A stretch of DNA of 62,987 nt, filler included, from Lenisia limosa (lineage: Eukaryota > Protista > Breviatea): assembly GCA_001655205.1 (NCBI GenBank). It is 11 parts of 11 records of this genome, joined end to end, with 100 filler letters (N's around TTAATTAATTAA, not from the genome) between each part and the next. Parts side by side here need not be neighbours in the genome. Positions count along the whole stretch, not along the records: positions 26,110 to 31,950 come from LPNZ01001887.1; positions 32,051 to 34,804 come from LPNZ01002744.1; positions 34,905 to 50,039 come from LPNZ01008713.1; 8 more parts are not named here. The stretch is one strand, 5' to 3'. The position numbers and the translations under genes are program-made. Under the pieces are notes generated by a model, which was not told the DNA's origin, did not search any database, and was given only the letters and a program-made list of their open reading frames with translations. Below are positions 26,291 to 39,189 of the stretch, one piece after another; position 1 is the stretch's first letter, and every line of letters starts with the position of its first letter.

Positions 26291-27039
26291 TTGATCTGTC
26301 CCATATGTGAGACGTCAAACCACGACGCGTTGGTGCGGCAGTTGATGTGCTCTTTGCTCACGCCAAGGCCCTCGTATTGCACTGGCAGGCACCAGCTATA
26401 TGATTATGACCACCAAGGAATAGATGTGGTTATATTCTATAGATATGTATTTGTTACATATACGATATGGTATGTAATATTCATACATAGCATAATCACC
26501 ATGTCAATATTTGTGATGTGACCGATTTTAGAGTGTAACCGTGGTGAGTCTTGACCAATTCTCCTTAAATCTAACAAATCAATCAAAGCTAACCATAGCC
26601 ACTATTTAAATTACAATTGGATCTATTCGGATGTGCGTTATAAAAGGGGAAGATGACGTTATTATCTTTTCTCCAAACAGAACAAACCCGGGGAAGTTTC
26701 CTCAAAAACACTCAACATGGCTAGGTCACTGACAATCAAGCATTTATACATACATTATATTAATAATTGATGAGTCAGATGTAGTGTATGATCATTTCAC
26801 GGTTCCAAATGGTTTCATGATCCGTTGTATGCCTCCCTCGCTCACCCTGTGAAGTCGACCATCTTTCCTCCTTTTTCAACATGATAGTCATAAAGAGCGG
26901 TTTTTTTAAGCTGAGACTAAAGGGAAGAGTCAACAATTGGACCGAACAGATTTCTTACGAGCTGTGCGGCAGAGAGGGACGCGAATGACCTGGTCAGTGC
27001 AGTGACTGTTCTTGGAAGGGCTCTGATGGCGGGAAGCAT
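26291..27039 (-). CDS. gcvT: Glycine cleavage system T protein (aminomethyltransferase), first three exons, with N-terminal mitochondrial-type presequence
   Basis: Exons 27039-26959, 26910-26846 and 26395-26291 splice in phase to MLPAIRALPRTVTALTRSFASLSAAQLLKKTALYDYHVEKGGKMVDFTGWCLPVQYEGLGVSKEHINCRTNASWFDVSHMGQI. The motifs KTxLYDxH, GGKMVxFxGWxLPVQY and FDVSHMGQ are diagnostic. Confidence 0.93.
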
Positions 27040-27174
27040 CGCTAAATCTGTAGGAAGGCACCACTGCAAAGAGTTATATAAGATGTTGAGTAAACAAATA
27101 GCTGTATCTTAATGAGTATCTCCACACACCGTCTCACGTTTCTTGCGCGACGAAAAAATAAGTGCCACTTAAAA

Positions 27175-28436
27175 ATGATTACTTTGGTTAGCAAAGTGAT
27201 TACCTTCTCCTTTTTATTCGGAAATAAAAACAACAAAGAGCCTCTTTCCACGCTACACGTATTAATTAGCACTCCCACACGATGTCCCACCCCCCACCAA
27301 TGCTCGCATGCCCAGTACCTGACGACGACACCAGGAACCTGACCGATGTTGCCTTCCCAAACAAAATCGGCGGATCTATGGTTGGATGGAAAGGGTACGG
27401 GTCTTGGTTTTTGTGAATCGCTTTTTGTATTATTTCGTTTTCTTTCATCTTTTTTGAGACATTTCGAGATACACTTTGTTTTATTTCTCGCTCCTCCATA
27501 TTACTGAGACTCAGGGATAGTTAGTAGTGCAAGTATCCTTGTTTTTATTGACGATAGAAAAAAAGTTACCATTTACCTCATAACTATGAATCTCTAGAGT
27601 ATGCTGGGGGCAGAAAATTTTAAGTGAATAGTAGTATACTATCATCGAATATCTCTAATAAGCGATGATGTTAACGGCTTCGGCCAGATACATCTTATTT
27701 CGTACTCATGGGTGGTGAAGGAAGATTTATTATCGAAACTTGACATGTTTATCATGACCCTACTCTACTCATGCCCACAGGTGATCATGGACCCAAGCTG
27801 CCAGCCTCACAGTGATATGTTGACGTGTCCATCCTGCAAGAAAGCCATGGCATCCCTTCTGCAGGTTACAGGGGTTCAGAGGGGTCCATTGTAGAGAGGG
27901 AATTGACTTATTTCAAGCTTTCAATGAAGCCTTATGAAAAGGGTTGATATTCTAAACAGCTCTGCTGTCAGAGCGTTGTGTATGATGATGCTTGGGCAGA
28001 TATCGAAACTTAATTTTATTGTATTTGAGTAGACATATCTACATACTTTAAAGTAAAATATGAAGTTATTTTTGATTGCATTCGCTTTCAGTTTTAATAA
28101 AAGTCTTCGATAAATCCTCGATACTTATGGATAATTATGGGAGAAGCGCAAGGGAAGCTCTGCTTACCCCCGTACTCCTCTTACAGCGAGGAACATGCTG
28201 ATGTGATGGTGTCGCTGTATTACGAATACCTTCTAGTAAATAATTCATGATATAGTTAGAACCAAGTTCATGCTGCCTTGTGTGTTTAATGAAACAGATT
28301 TACGCTCCTCTGCCCTCCTCTGACCATCACCGCAATATTCACGTTCTCTACTGCAACTCAACAAGCTGCATTGCACAGGAGTCAGGCCCTGCGAGAAAGT
28401 AGGTACTTTTCGGGCTGATATGGTGATGATGTTGAC

Positions 28437-28468
<32 letters not shown>

Positions 28469-30240
28469 TGGTGATTATGATGGTGGCAGACTTATGATGA
28501 TGGTGGTGGTGTTAACAATGTTACTTATTGGTATATTCACTATTTGAATTATGTGGGGGGGGGGGTATCAAAACTGAAGCTCAACAAAAGGATTATTGAA
28601 TTGATACACTCTTTTTTATTGCAAGATAATTACATTAAATGTAATCTCGGAATACATTGGGACACATAAACGTCCGCCCCTCAAACTTTACTCCATAGCA
28701 TGCGTGCGTTAGTGTCCACGTCTCATGCGGACTGTCCAATGTACGACCTGGCCGACACTGAAGATTCAGATGACCAGTTCCTTTATACAGAGGAGTACAG
28801 AAACGGTGGGAGGGGGGCGGTTGCAAAGCCTTCATTTCGCTCGTGAAGACAGGTGAAAGAGATTGAGGACTTCAGGAGATTCTTTTTTATTTGGTATCAG
28901 TAGAGTACCATTGCTATACATATCAATAACCGATTGTCACTTATAATTGTTCAGCTGTCAAGCCTTCATACCCGTCCTTCTTTAAGGAAGTCGAGCTTGA
29001 GACCTTCGAAGAAGAGGACCACAGTGATGAAGGTTTGTCCACAATTTCAATTATTACATCATATCATATAATACATGTATTGTACATGCATGTAATCAAG
29101 AGAATCATGATATTTTATATGTATTTTTTAAATCATATACTATTAATATATATATCATATATTTTACAATACAGAAGAAACTGAGTCAATGAAGAAAGAG
29201 CAGAATCTCCTGAAACAGTTCAAGAAGCTTCAAGATAAGGGAGAGGTTTGATGGAGCTTATACACATTGCACCGCAATGTAGCCATCATTGTGCCTCAAT
29301 TCAGAAACCGACATAACGCGACTGATTTTAAATCACTCATTTTGTGTTCCTTTTTTCGTACTGTACATGTGATATATATGATATATATTCAAACAAAAGC
29401 ATCTGATAACACACTATATTTTCCCTTATTCCTTAGACTATCACGGACAAAGAAGCCGAGGAGATCCAGACCGATGAAGATCCGACTTATGAGGAGTTCT
29501 TGAAGACTTTGAGGAAAGAACCGGATCAAGTGTTGAGGTTGGTTTTTAGTTCTATGAGCTTACTTATACAGACCTGCATATTCACCCAAAAATGTCTCTT
29601 TTAATCCTCGATATTTCACAAGCGTTCGAAACCCCCTTATTAAATGATCAGATACGACTATGAGGGGTCGCCGCTCTTGCCTTGCGAAGAGTTGGCCTTC
29701 ACCCCTCCCCCTTGTTCGTGTGGCTCGGATCGCCAGTTCGAGCTTCAGGTTCGCAGGGTGCTTTTGCTCTATTTCTTGGTTCGGTTCAACTTTTCGAAAA
29801 ACAACCATTCATCTTTTCTCATATTCTGCTTCGTGAGTGTTTTTCTTTTAATATGCCTTTCACGCTCTTGTACTTATGTCAGCACTATGATAAGTTTTTT
29901 ACTGATCTGACGCTCTTCACTCATTATCCTTAGATTACCCCCCAAATGGTGGGACACATGGAGCAAGTCGAAGACATCAGAACCGAGACTCTTGATTGGG
30001 ACGCCCTTCTCATCTACACTTGCAGCAAGGACTGCACCAACTCAGAGTGGGGAATGTGGTGAACTCTTATTCTGCTCGCTTTCACTTGAAACACACTTAT
30101 ATCTCTCCCTTTTCAAAATATCTTGGTGGGTGATCACTGTTTAGATCCGCATGGAGGGAAGAGACTGTATATACTATCAAGACCCAGAAAGTGAATCGAG
30201 CTGGTGGGTGTTTTGGCTGAGGGCTTAAATATCAAGAAAC
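27175..30240 (+). CDS. PDCD2L: PDCD2-like / Tsr4-like protein (uS5 chaperone family, no MYND finger seen)
   Basis: Spliced exons: FPNKIGGS, LTCPSCKKAMASLLQ|IYAPLPSSDHHRNIHVLYCNSTSC, DPTYEEFLKTLRKEPDQVLR|YDYEGSPL…PPPCSCGSDRQFELQ|ITPQMVGHM…LDWDALLIYTCSKDC (PDCD2_C). Exact start uncertain. Confidence 0.85.
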
Positions 30241-30519
30241 ATTCCCTTTCACACAGTGTATTTACCAATAACTCCTCTTTTGCCTCAGCTTCGTTTTCTG
30301 ATGTAACAACGTTTCTATCATTCCTATTCAATCTCCTATTATTTGGTTTTAGCTTTGAGATGAGCCAATTAGCTATCAACATCCTGGCTTGTTTTCTTCC
30401 AATTCTGTCATGGCATCATATATGAAAATAATGGTAGAGTGTAACTTTGTATCAGATTAATACTTAGTGTACATTCTCTGCCACATTATTATCTACATAA
30501 CACCTTTAAATCACCAATA

Positions 30520-31950
30520 TTAACTTTGTTTCAGATGAATCGATGCAGGAGGGTTAGTTGCTCCCTTCGGAGAGAGAACTCTTTTCTTGTAAATGTACTT
30601 CATGAGAACCGGGAACAGGGACGCGGCAGAAAGGGCTACAAGGGCCATCATTTCCCTGGCACCTATGATGTGGCTGAGGGGGGAGGGGGTGAATAAGGTG
30701 ATCGTTGACAAGGAAATACCAAGAAGTTGCCAAAAGCAATCCATAGTTCAAACAACTAGTAATGGGGGTGATAGGGAAAGTAAGACTACAACCACAGCAA
30801 TTGGCAGAGTTATTGGCAGGGGGGAGGTTATGGAGCCATCTAGCCTACTTGACAGAAGTTATTGACGACAGAGTTGCCCCGGCAGTGACTGTGAGGAACG
30901 TGGATGGCAAGAGCCCCACTGCTGAGGCCTGGATAATCAGTTTTTATCGATATTTATGAGGCAGATTTGTATATGCCTGTCCAAAGGAACAATGTGGGAA
31001 GTTACCAAGACAGGCCTACCAGGGCAAAGGTAACAAAGGGAACACCCCCTATTGGAGCGACTAAATTAAGAAGCCAGTTCGGGAACACTGGGGACACGCG
31101 TAATGAGAGGGTATAGTGAAAAAGGTTGCCTTCGTGCTCTTTCACCTGAGGGGTCACTATGAGAAAATGATCAATGGAAATGAAGGCAGTACATTTTGTA
31201 AAAAAAAAACATTTATGTGAAAAAAATAGCAACTGAAATTAGTACAATTTGATTAGCTATATCGAAATGAGATGAAATAAAGGAAAGCCAATCAAGCCGA
31301 AGCCATCAATACCATCAGGCCAAACTATCGGATATTTTCGATAATGTGCCCAAATTTTTGATGCAGGGAAGCCTCCGAAACCGCCCACTGTTTCCTCGAG
31401 ATATTTGACTTTGCCGTGGAAGAAGTACTTGACTAGTCGGTTCAAAACCACTAAGTGGTAAGGAGAGGAAAGTAATGTGGTTGGAAGAAGTCCCTACAAT
31501 GGAACGCCGCTTTTTCTCAAAATTAGGAAGATACAAAAGATGGTTGTTGTTGTAAACGATTACGTTTGTAACTACGGATTATCTAACCAATGACAGCCCG
31601 GTTAAATTTTAATATTTGAAAGGTTTAATGGAAAATTAGGACTCTTTTTGATCTTTAATATGGATGAATATGATCACAGAAGATGGTTGTTATGGTATCT
31701 ATGGATTAATTAGTCTGTGTCATTTGATGCATATTCCCCAATCAGCAAAAAACAAACATTTGGAGAGAAGGTAGCTGAAACTCGCACCAATTGTCGCTGA
31801 CTGGACTTGTTACAAATTGAATTGTTTGGAAAACCGACATGATTTCAAGTTCTTCGAAATAATACTTATCTCCCCACCATATTGACAGTGATGCACCCGA
31901 GGGGGACACCAAAAAGAGCGCCACCAGCAACGCTCAGCCAAACCGAGCCG
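30520..31950 (-). CDS. TMEM41: TMEM41 / SNARE-associated (VTT/DedA) membrane protein, 3' part
   Basis: Exons give LRVSPVFPNWLLNLVAPIGGVPFVTF, ASAVGLLPSTFLTVTAGATLSSITSV and a hydrophobic C-terminal helix. These match the TMEM41 motif LRxxPxxPNWxxN…P..F..G..P. Confidence 0.8.
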
Positions 31951-32050
31951 NNNNNNNNNNNNNNNNNNNNNNNNNNNNNNNNNNNNNNNNNNNNTTAATT
32001 AATTAANNNNNNNNNNNNNNNNNNNNNNNNNNNNNNNNNNNNNNNNNNNN

Positions 32051-34510
32051 AATTGGAAGGTCAAATGTGAGACATACTGCCACTATTCACCCAAAAGGAC
32101 GCGGGTACACGCTTGAGCTGTGCATTGATATGGGCAAGAACTTCTACCCTGTCCTCACCAAGCTTCATGAGGTGGGAGGGGGGGGGGGCTGAGAAATATG
32201 ACTTCTTATATAACTCCTCTGACCATTTCAGCTCTGCCCAATTGCCTCCGTTATGCCCACAACTTCTGGTGGGTCAACTTTTGTTCCATAAAACCCAACA
32301 TATTGTTGTTGGTTATACCCATCTTGTTCCAGAAAGTTCCCTCACTTTGTAGGGAAACTAGTGTTGTCAATTCCAAAGGAAACAGTCCCCCAAGTACCTG
32401 CTATGGTTGAGGAACTAAAGAACCTCAATCTCGTTGAAGAATGGGTAGGATAGGAGGAGGAATGCCGGGCTTAAGTTTAATTCAATTCCTGCCCCCCTAT
32501 GACCTGACATCTAGTGTATCTCGCCACCTACAGTAATGGATGTATTCAATCGCCTTGCTGTTTCTCCTCTCGAAGTGAGTGTGATGAAGGTTTCTGTTAT
32601 TTTGTTGGGAGTACAATTATGATCCCTCCCCATTTTTGTTTTTACTCTGAAGGACTCAAGAAACGTGGAAGTCAACCAAAAGGTAGGAAGGAATTAATAC
32701 TCTGATAAATTACTATTTAGAACATGATCGTGTATTACACCTTTTATTCTCTTTTTTTTTTTACAAAATAAGGATTTCAACTGTCAACGTACATACATTA
32801 GTATATCAACCATCAGGTCTGCCAACTCTGTCACGTGCGTCCTCCGAGTAGGGTTGAAGTCACCCTCGCGAAGGGATCAAAATTCCATTTGGATACAGCA
32901 CTGTGCTCAGTGTATTTGGGGGGTATGGGACCTCCAGCATATGAAACTGATTTCTGTGAGGGCAAGATAAAGGTACTACGTACGTATATTATATCTATTG
33001 TGCTGGGGAGGCACGCAGAAAGCTGTGTGCACAGAGTTGGAAGGCAAATGATTGGGTGAATTATTATCATAATTCAATGTATCATAAGCGTGACGGTTTT
33101 GGCCAGATACAACCTTGTTTTTTATTTCGATATGATATTGTTAAGGAGTTACTCCTGTTAATTCATATACGTCAGTATGTCGCCAGATCTTCATTATTAT
33201 ATCGTTTCCACATATTTCAAAGGTTACTTTACTCCTTTAGCTGCGGTGCGGGTTCGAGTGAGGGATCAGCCGTAGTACAAGCACCGTCAGTCTTCCCCCC
33301 AGGTCTGCCATATTGATTTTTTTTTTTGCATATGTTTCCAACAGCTTTTCTTTCCCCTATATTTTACTCGTATATTACCATGACGTTTCAGTCGGAGTCG
33401 TTGCTGGAATTGTTCCTGCGTTTGGCCTGTCACCCCCTCCGAACCAAGATTCTCAACAAATGGAAGAGGGTAAGCTGTGGTATACATGATATGGGATGAA
33501 TCTTGTTAAGAGATAAGCCAAGAAGGTTATTTTCATACTTCCTTTCGTCGTTACAGTGACATTTCACCCACAGTTGGAGCCTATCAAGCAGCTGCAAACG
33601 ATACGGTTCAACCTCCTCCAAACAACCCNNNNNNNNNNNNNNNNNNNNNNNNNNNNNNNNNNNNNNNNNNNNNNNNNNNNNNNNNNNNNNNNNNNNNNNN
33701 NNNNNNNNNNNNNNNNNNNNNNNNNNNNNNNNNNNNNNNNNNCTGGGCTCTTCCCGGAAGGTAAAATTATTACTCATTTCTCCGATCAACTTCACAATCT
33801 TGGCTCATCTGACAGGGCTTATGTTCACCCCCCCTTCCACGTTCAAGAGGATTTTCAGTCTTCTTGTTCCATCGTTTCTGTCGCGCTTCAGAATATTCAT
33901 CAAGTCAAAGTGCACTGTGGGACGTCACAACTTACCCTGACATTTCTGGCTTCTACAAGATAATAAACAAAATAGCATTTTGTGTTGGCCATTCCACAGT
34001 TGTCATTAATTTCGCAGATCTGCATGATTTTCTTTATCCTCTACATTTCGTCATTTACAATGATGCTGGCCCTTAACCCGAGATCGACCTTGACGAATGG
34101 GTTCGTGCGGATTTGATTCATCATACCATTCGGATGTTAGGAATAAGACAACGGGGGCAAGGTCTCTTTGTTTTTGGTTTTGTCAAATAATTGAAGAGAA
34201 TGCAGGAAGATTCCTTTGGATCAAGGGGAATCTTTAATCTTATGAAGGCTTCTCCTATCAACGTGATGATGCTTTCGTTTGAGGTAACATTGTAGATGCT
34301 TCACTGGGGATGATAATAACCCTGATGCAACGAAAGGAGAATGCACGAAACAAGTGTACGCTGCCATTGAGTTTTACCGTGAGAATCTTGGCCGGTTCTA
34401 CGAAGAGGTATGTGCTTTATTCTGCTTCATATTTGACCTGTTATGATTGAATTTTCAAGGATGGCAAAACGGTGGACTACTTTACCCCTGAGATGGTCAG
34501 CTCGTATGGT
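32051..34510 (+). CDS. ABCA-subfamily transporter fragment (end of NBD1/regulatory region, linker, start of second TMD)
   Basis: GRGYTLEL…GKLVLSIPKETVPQVPAMVEELKNLNLVEEW|CISPPTVMDVFNRL resembles the ABCA 'W.IS.TTLE.VF.RL' motif. It is followed by TFKRIFSLLVPSFLSRFRIFIK and a TM helix LSLISQICMIFFILYISSF. Confidence 0.65.
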
Positions 34511-34904
34511 TCTCCAGGTGGGGCAACTTAGGCGCTTATACTCTCTGTCATGACACATCCATGTATATGATATGCATATGTATAGTATATGTATAGTCAA
34601 GCCCTCACGTCTTTAGTTGACGTCTTTGTGACGTCGGACTCCGATTGTAAGAAGGGAAATTTTCATATTTACAATGCTAGTCTTTTTCAGATGGATGTGA
34701 AGTAACATTTGTGTTCTATCAGATTTTGATTAATGTTGATGATTATCAACCTCTAACAAGCATAGTTGTGCCGCCCAATTCGACAACGCTCTTTGATGCG
34801 AACCNNNNNNNNNNNNNNNNNNNNNNNNNNNNNNNNNNNNNNNNNNNNTTAATTAATTAANNNNNNNNNNNNNNNNNNNNNNNNNNNNNNNNNNNNNNNN
34901 NNNN

Positions 34905-37900
34905 CAATCTTCTTCTCTAACTTCTTCTCGTCCTTATTTTCTTTTTTCTTTTCTTCTTCCATATTTTCATTATTTTCCTCTTTCTTTCCTTCTTCTTTCA
35001 TACTCTTCTTCCCTTCCATTTTAACTTCCTGCTTCGAACCTACCTTCTTCTTTTCCTTCTTTTCCTCTTCCTTCTCCCCTTCCTTGTCATTATTCATCTT
35101 CTCTTCCTTCCCTCCATGAACTTTTCCCTCTGCTCTCTTTGCCCAACAAGATCCAGATAACAATTTTGAAGGCACTTCCTCTTTCTTCTCTTTCTCTTCT
35201 TTCTTCTCGTTCTCCTTTTTCTCCTCGATTTTCACTTCTTTCTCACTTTCTTCCTTCTTCTCCTCCGCCACCTCATCATCGTCCTGCTCTTCTTCGACCA
35301 AGTCGCTTTGTTCGCACTCGCACTCCGCATCTTCCGCTGCCCTTAATTGCCTGGATTTGACTGCAGCAATCTTGGCCTTCTTCTGGGCTTCCTGCATTGA
35401 CGCTGTCATCTTCTTCTTTCCCCCTAAAGCAATCAGATGCCCATCTTCTTCTTCCCCCCTATTCATTGTTCCAGTTGATACATATTATAGAAAACACATT
35501 CACTGCAAAAAAAAAAACTTTAGATATACACTGTATGTTTATATAAAACGACGTGTTTGATCCCTAGTGATATGATCATATGCCCGAATTTCGAGTTAAA
35601 GTGAACGAAAGAAAACATGATGATTTTTCCCGAGTGCATCAGAGTATCATTGAGACTTGTCAAGTCAATTATCACATAAGTGCATACAGAATAGTTTCCC
35701 CAAAAATCTCGAATAATTACCGCGCATTTATCAGCTTTTTGAACCGTAGGGAAGCCTGGTAATATACCACATACCCTTCTTTTTTCGGGCACCCTTCTTT
35801 TCCTCTTTCTCCTTCTTCTCCTTCTCCATCTGTAGTCTTTTCTCTTCCTCCTTTTGCTCTGCAGCCTTTCTCTTTCGATTTTCCTTTTTCCGTTGGAGCT
35901 TTGCCTTTGCCTGAATGTCCTTCTGATTGGTTCTGAAAATAATAAGTAAACATGTCTGAAAATAACAAGCTCATGAAGATAAAAAACATGTCTGAAAAGA
36001 ATATATCATATGTACATACTTGAAAACGTGTATGAAAACGTGTAGGTATGAAAACGTATAATGAAAGCTATCAGCTTTCTTAATGTGCTACTCTCTTTAG
36101 GCCACTATTGATACCTTGCTCATGGTCAGCTTTCACCACAGAATCCCCCCACCCCCCACACACAAGAACGATTCATTACCTCACCCCTAGGGCTTCACTT
36201 CGGTTCGCAAAAAGACTGAGTTTCTCGATAAATCCTCGAAATTTATCGATATTCTACTGGTCTTTTTCGAATCGAAGTGAAGCCTTACTCACCCTCACCC
36301 CCCAACAAGCTGAGTCGCTCAGCAATGACAGAGGTCATATTGGTTGCCTTAGGCGGCCCGTTTTTAAAGAGGGCATCGTGAGCAAGAAGGTCCCCATGCG
36401 CAAGATTCGTGCGGCCACCAAGCATGTCTGTCCTCTCAAGATCTTTGATTGGTACGATGCCGGGCTTTTTCTTGTACTTCGTCATCGTGACGATTCTTTC
36501 TCTAAAAGCGTCAGGTATGGAAGGTGTGTTGTTTTAATTGCTGTTCCCAAAAAAAAAGAACAACGAAGCACCGGTTAACAACAAAAGAGGAACTTTGTTA
36601 TGATGAAGAAAAGAAGATTTTTGGTGTGAAAATAGGTTATGGCGAAATATGCGCAATTAACAACAGAGAATAATTGGGAAAATAGAAAAAGTTGAACAAA
36701 TAAATGGTTGCAAAAACAAACAGCCGCCTATAGTTTAATATGATAATAACTAGGGCTTCACTTCGGTTCGAAAAAAGACTGAAATCTCGAAAACTATCGA
36801 TAATTTACCTGAGTTTTTGAACCGAAGTGAAGCCCTAATAATGACCACAAAAAATTAACGTATGATGATGACAAAAGAAGAGCGACTTAGCTCTCTGCTG
36901 TCCAACGATCCGGCTTACAGTATCTAAAAAGTAAGAGGGGGGAGGAATGGGGGTGATAAAACAAGGTTGTGTCTGACCGAAGCCGTCCATACCATGATAG
37001 GAGATATTGGATTAGAGTATGATATAAATTCACCCAAAGCCGTCCACACTATCACGCTTATAAGAGATATTAGACAGCTTTCAGATAACTAAGGAAAAGC
37101 CAAGGAGCCCACTTTTCCGATTTCGGTATCGAATGCTACGCGGTAGGGTATTTTGATACGTTCGAGGTCTCTGAAGAGTTCTACACCAAGCGTATCGGCT
37201 TCTCCGATCCTCCTGAGAACCTACAGACGTCAAAACGTGTTAGTGTATATGCATATGATATAAAGCAGGTTGCGCATCATATATTTACTACTAGGATAAA
37301 ACGGGCTCGGCTGAATAACTATTAAAAAGACGAGTAAATACACTCCCACTACCACCCCTGAGAGGTGCTGCAGAATATATCAAATATGCAACCTGTAAAC
37401 AAATAACTTGAGAATTTATCAAGAAATACTCTTTTTGGAACCGATTTTATTTTAAAAAAAAACAGGACTTCATTTGCTTCACAACTCTGGGCACAGCATT
37501 TCTGTGTGCAACCATTCTCTGGGCACAGCTTTTCAGCCCCCCATTCTCTGGGCACAGCTTTTCTGTGTGCAACCTGTATAAAACGTACTCTTGAATAGAA
37601 GCTAAATCCCACCTTTTCTACTACTTCCAACGCGATCAAGTCCTGACACGTGTAGAAGAATGCCTTTTGACTACAAAGTAAAAGTAAGTCAGGCTGAAGC
37701 CGTACACATCCATAGAGATGTATGAACATCATAAAATATATCAATAAATCAGATGCATATAGTACGTATTTTTTATCACAAGTACACTGACCTAGCGACA
37801 CGAATATTGAGCTCAAGTCAAGACTTATTGTGGTGTGTTATATCATATGTATATTATTTTAAACGATCACTTAATTGGGGACATAACTGCAAGCTTAAAA

Positions 37901-38830
37901 CAGTCCAGCTCGGTGAACAGATATAAAATCCGAGAATGTGAATTCAAAGTAGTACCCGCCTACTCTAGCTCCCCCTCGATAACCAGTTCACGCGCTTCGC
38001 CAACTGTCATTTCCCTCGGGAAGGGCTGGTGTGTTAGCAGTATCAAAAAAGTCACATAATTATGGAATATACAGTTTCAATTCCTATGTTGTACAGATCA
38101 GCCTATCCGCCCAAGAAGAGCTGAAGCGAACCACTCACCATATCAAAGTTATTGTACTCTTCAAAGATCACGTCATCCAATTCACGAAACAAATTTTCCA
38201 AAGCTAAAGAAAGTCAGAATATAAGAAGAGAACAATTATATCTATGAAGAGATGAGCCCATAGAAAGGTATCTTACGAGGGAATTTTTCTTTGACTTCAT
38301 CAAGGTGTTGCACGATATCCTGCACCTGGTTGGTTAGCTTGAGACTAAAGTTTCAATCAAACTTTATATTTAGTTAATCTTCCATTGATTTGCTAATAGT
38401 CTTTAATTATATGATCTCATACATATCATATATATATATATATATATGGACAATCTATCTTCGGCAAGAAGAAATGAACACACTTTGAAACGCAGTAAAG
38501 AATACACTCTGAAACGCAGTAAAACAGAAGTGCCATGCAGTTTTCGTATATGTCTTATAAAGATGAATTCTCTCTGTCACTTACAAATTTCCACTGCGTG
38601 GGAATACCCTTACTGCGTACCTAAAGGGGTCAGAAATCAAAGGAGCATGAGTTAACCTTACCAAATAGCCAATGTGCTTGTTGGACACAAGAAAGTCATG
38701 GTGGTTAAAGAACGCATCATGGTCCTGAAAGCGTAAATATTACCTCAAGTAGGAGACTGCTTTCCAGCTTTCCAGAGCACGATAAAATAAACCCATTATC
38801 ACTCACCTTGCTGACCATTGAGTTCCTCAT
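34905..38830 (-). CDS. Hypothetical multi-exon protein with K/E-rich low-complexity C-terminal region
   Basis: Spliced start MRNSMVSK|LESSLLLE|DHDAFFNHHDFLVSNKHIGYL|LTNQVQDIVQHLDEVKEKFP|PLENLFRELDDVIFEEYNNFDM; later exon KERIVTMTKYKKKPGIVPIKDLERTD; K/E-rich exon 34905-35466. Some joins are ambiguous and it could be two genes. Confidence 0.5.
36188..36287. mobile_element. hAT-type MITE family A (about 100 bp), intronic copy
   Basis: TIR TAGGGCTTCACTTCGGTTCG…CGAA(C/T)CGAAGTGAAGCC(C/T)TA; 8-bp flanks ctcacccc / ctcaccct. Confidence 0.85.
36751..36837. mobile_element. hAT-type MITE family A copy
   Basis: Same TIRs; 8-bp flanks ataataac / ataatgac. Confidence 0.85.
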
Positions 38831-39189
38831 TCTTCGGCTGTGTCTTCAAATTTAAAGCTTTTCTCAACTAGCAGAGTTTTTAGCGTATAGAAAGGAACGG
38901 AGACTTCATCATTGTGTCATTGTATGCCGAAATAATCTAAATAGTTCACCTTCCGTCCTATTCTCTGTCGATTTAAGAGTCAATTACAATAATACACTTT
39001 TTAAGCCTAATACTTCGTTGAAAAGTTGAAAATGTAACAAATTTCAAAAATGTAAAGAGACGTTTTACGGCCGCGAAGCCACCAATCGTGGGAGGTTTGC
39101 GATTTTTCAAAAAGCCTCAAGTCGCACCCCAGTAGAGTTTTGGACTGTTCGTTGATTTTTGTTAATTTGATTGTTTCGAGGTCCGTTTT

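Noticed and set aside
27175-27335. Non-canonical splice site at the PDCD2L start (MITL exon is phase 0, next exon needs phase 1)
   Set aside because: An in-frame ATG at about 27300 or a 1-nt sequence error explains it equally well.
28430-28515. (GAT/GGT)n tract as a coding poly-Asp/Gly exon of PDCD2L
   Set aside because: Flanking exons splice in phase without it; it is intronic low-complexity sequence.
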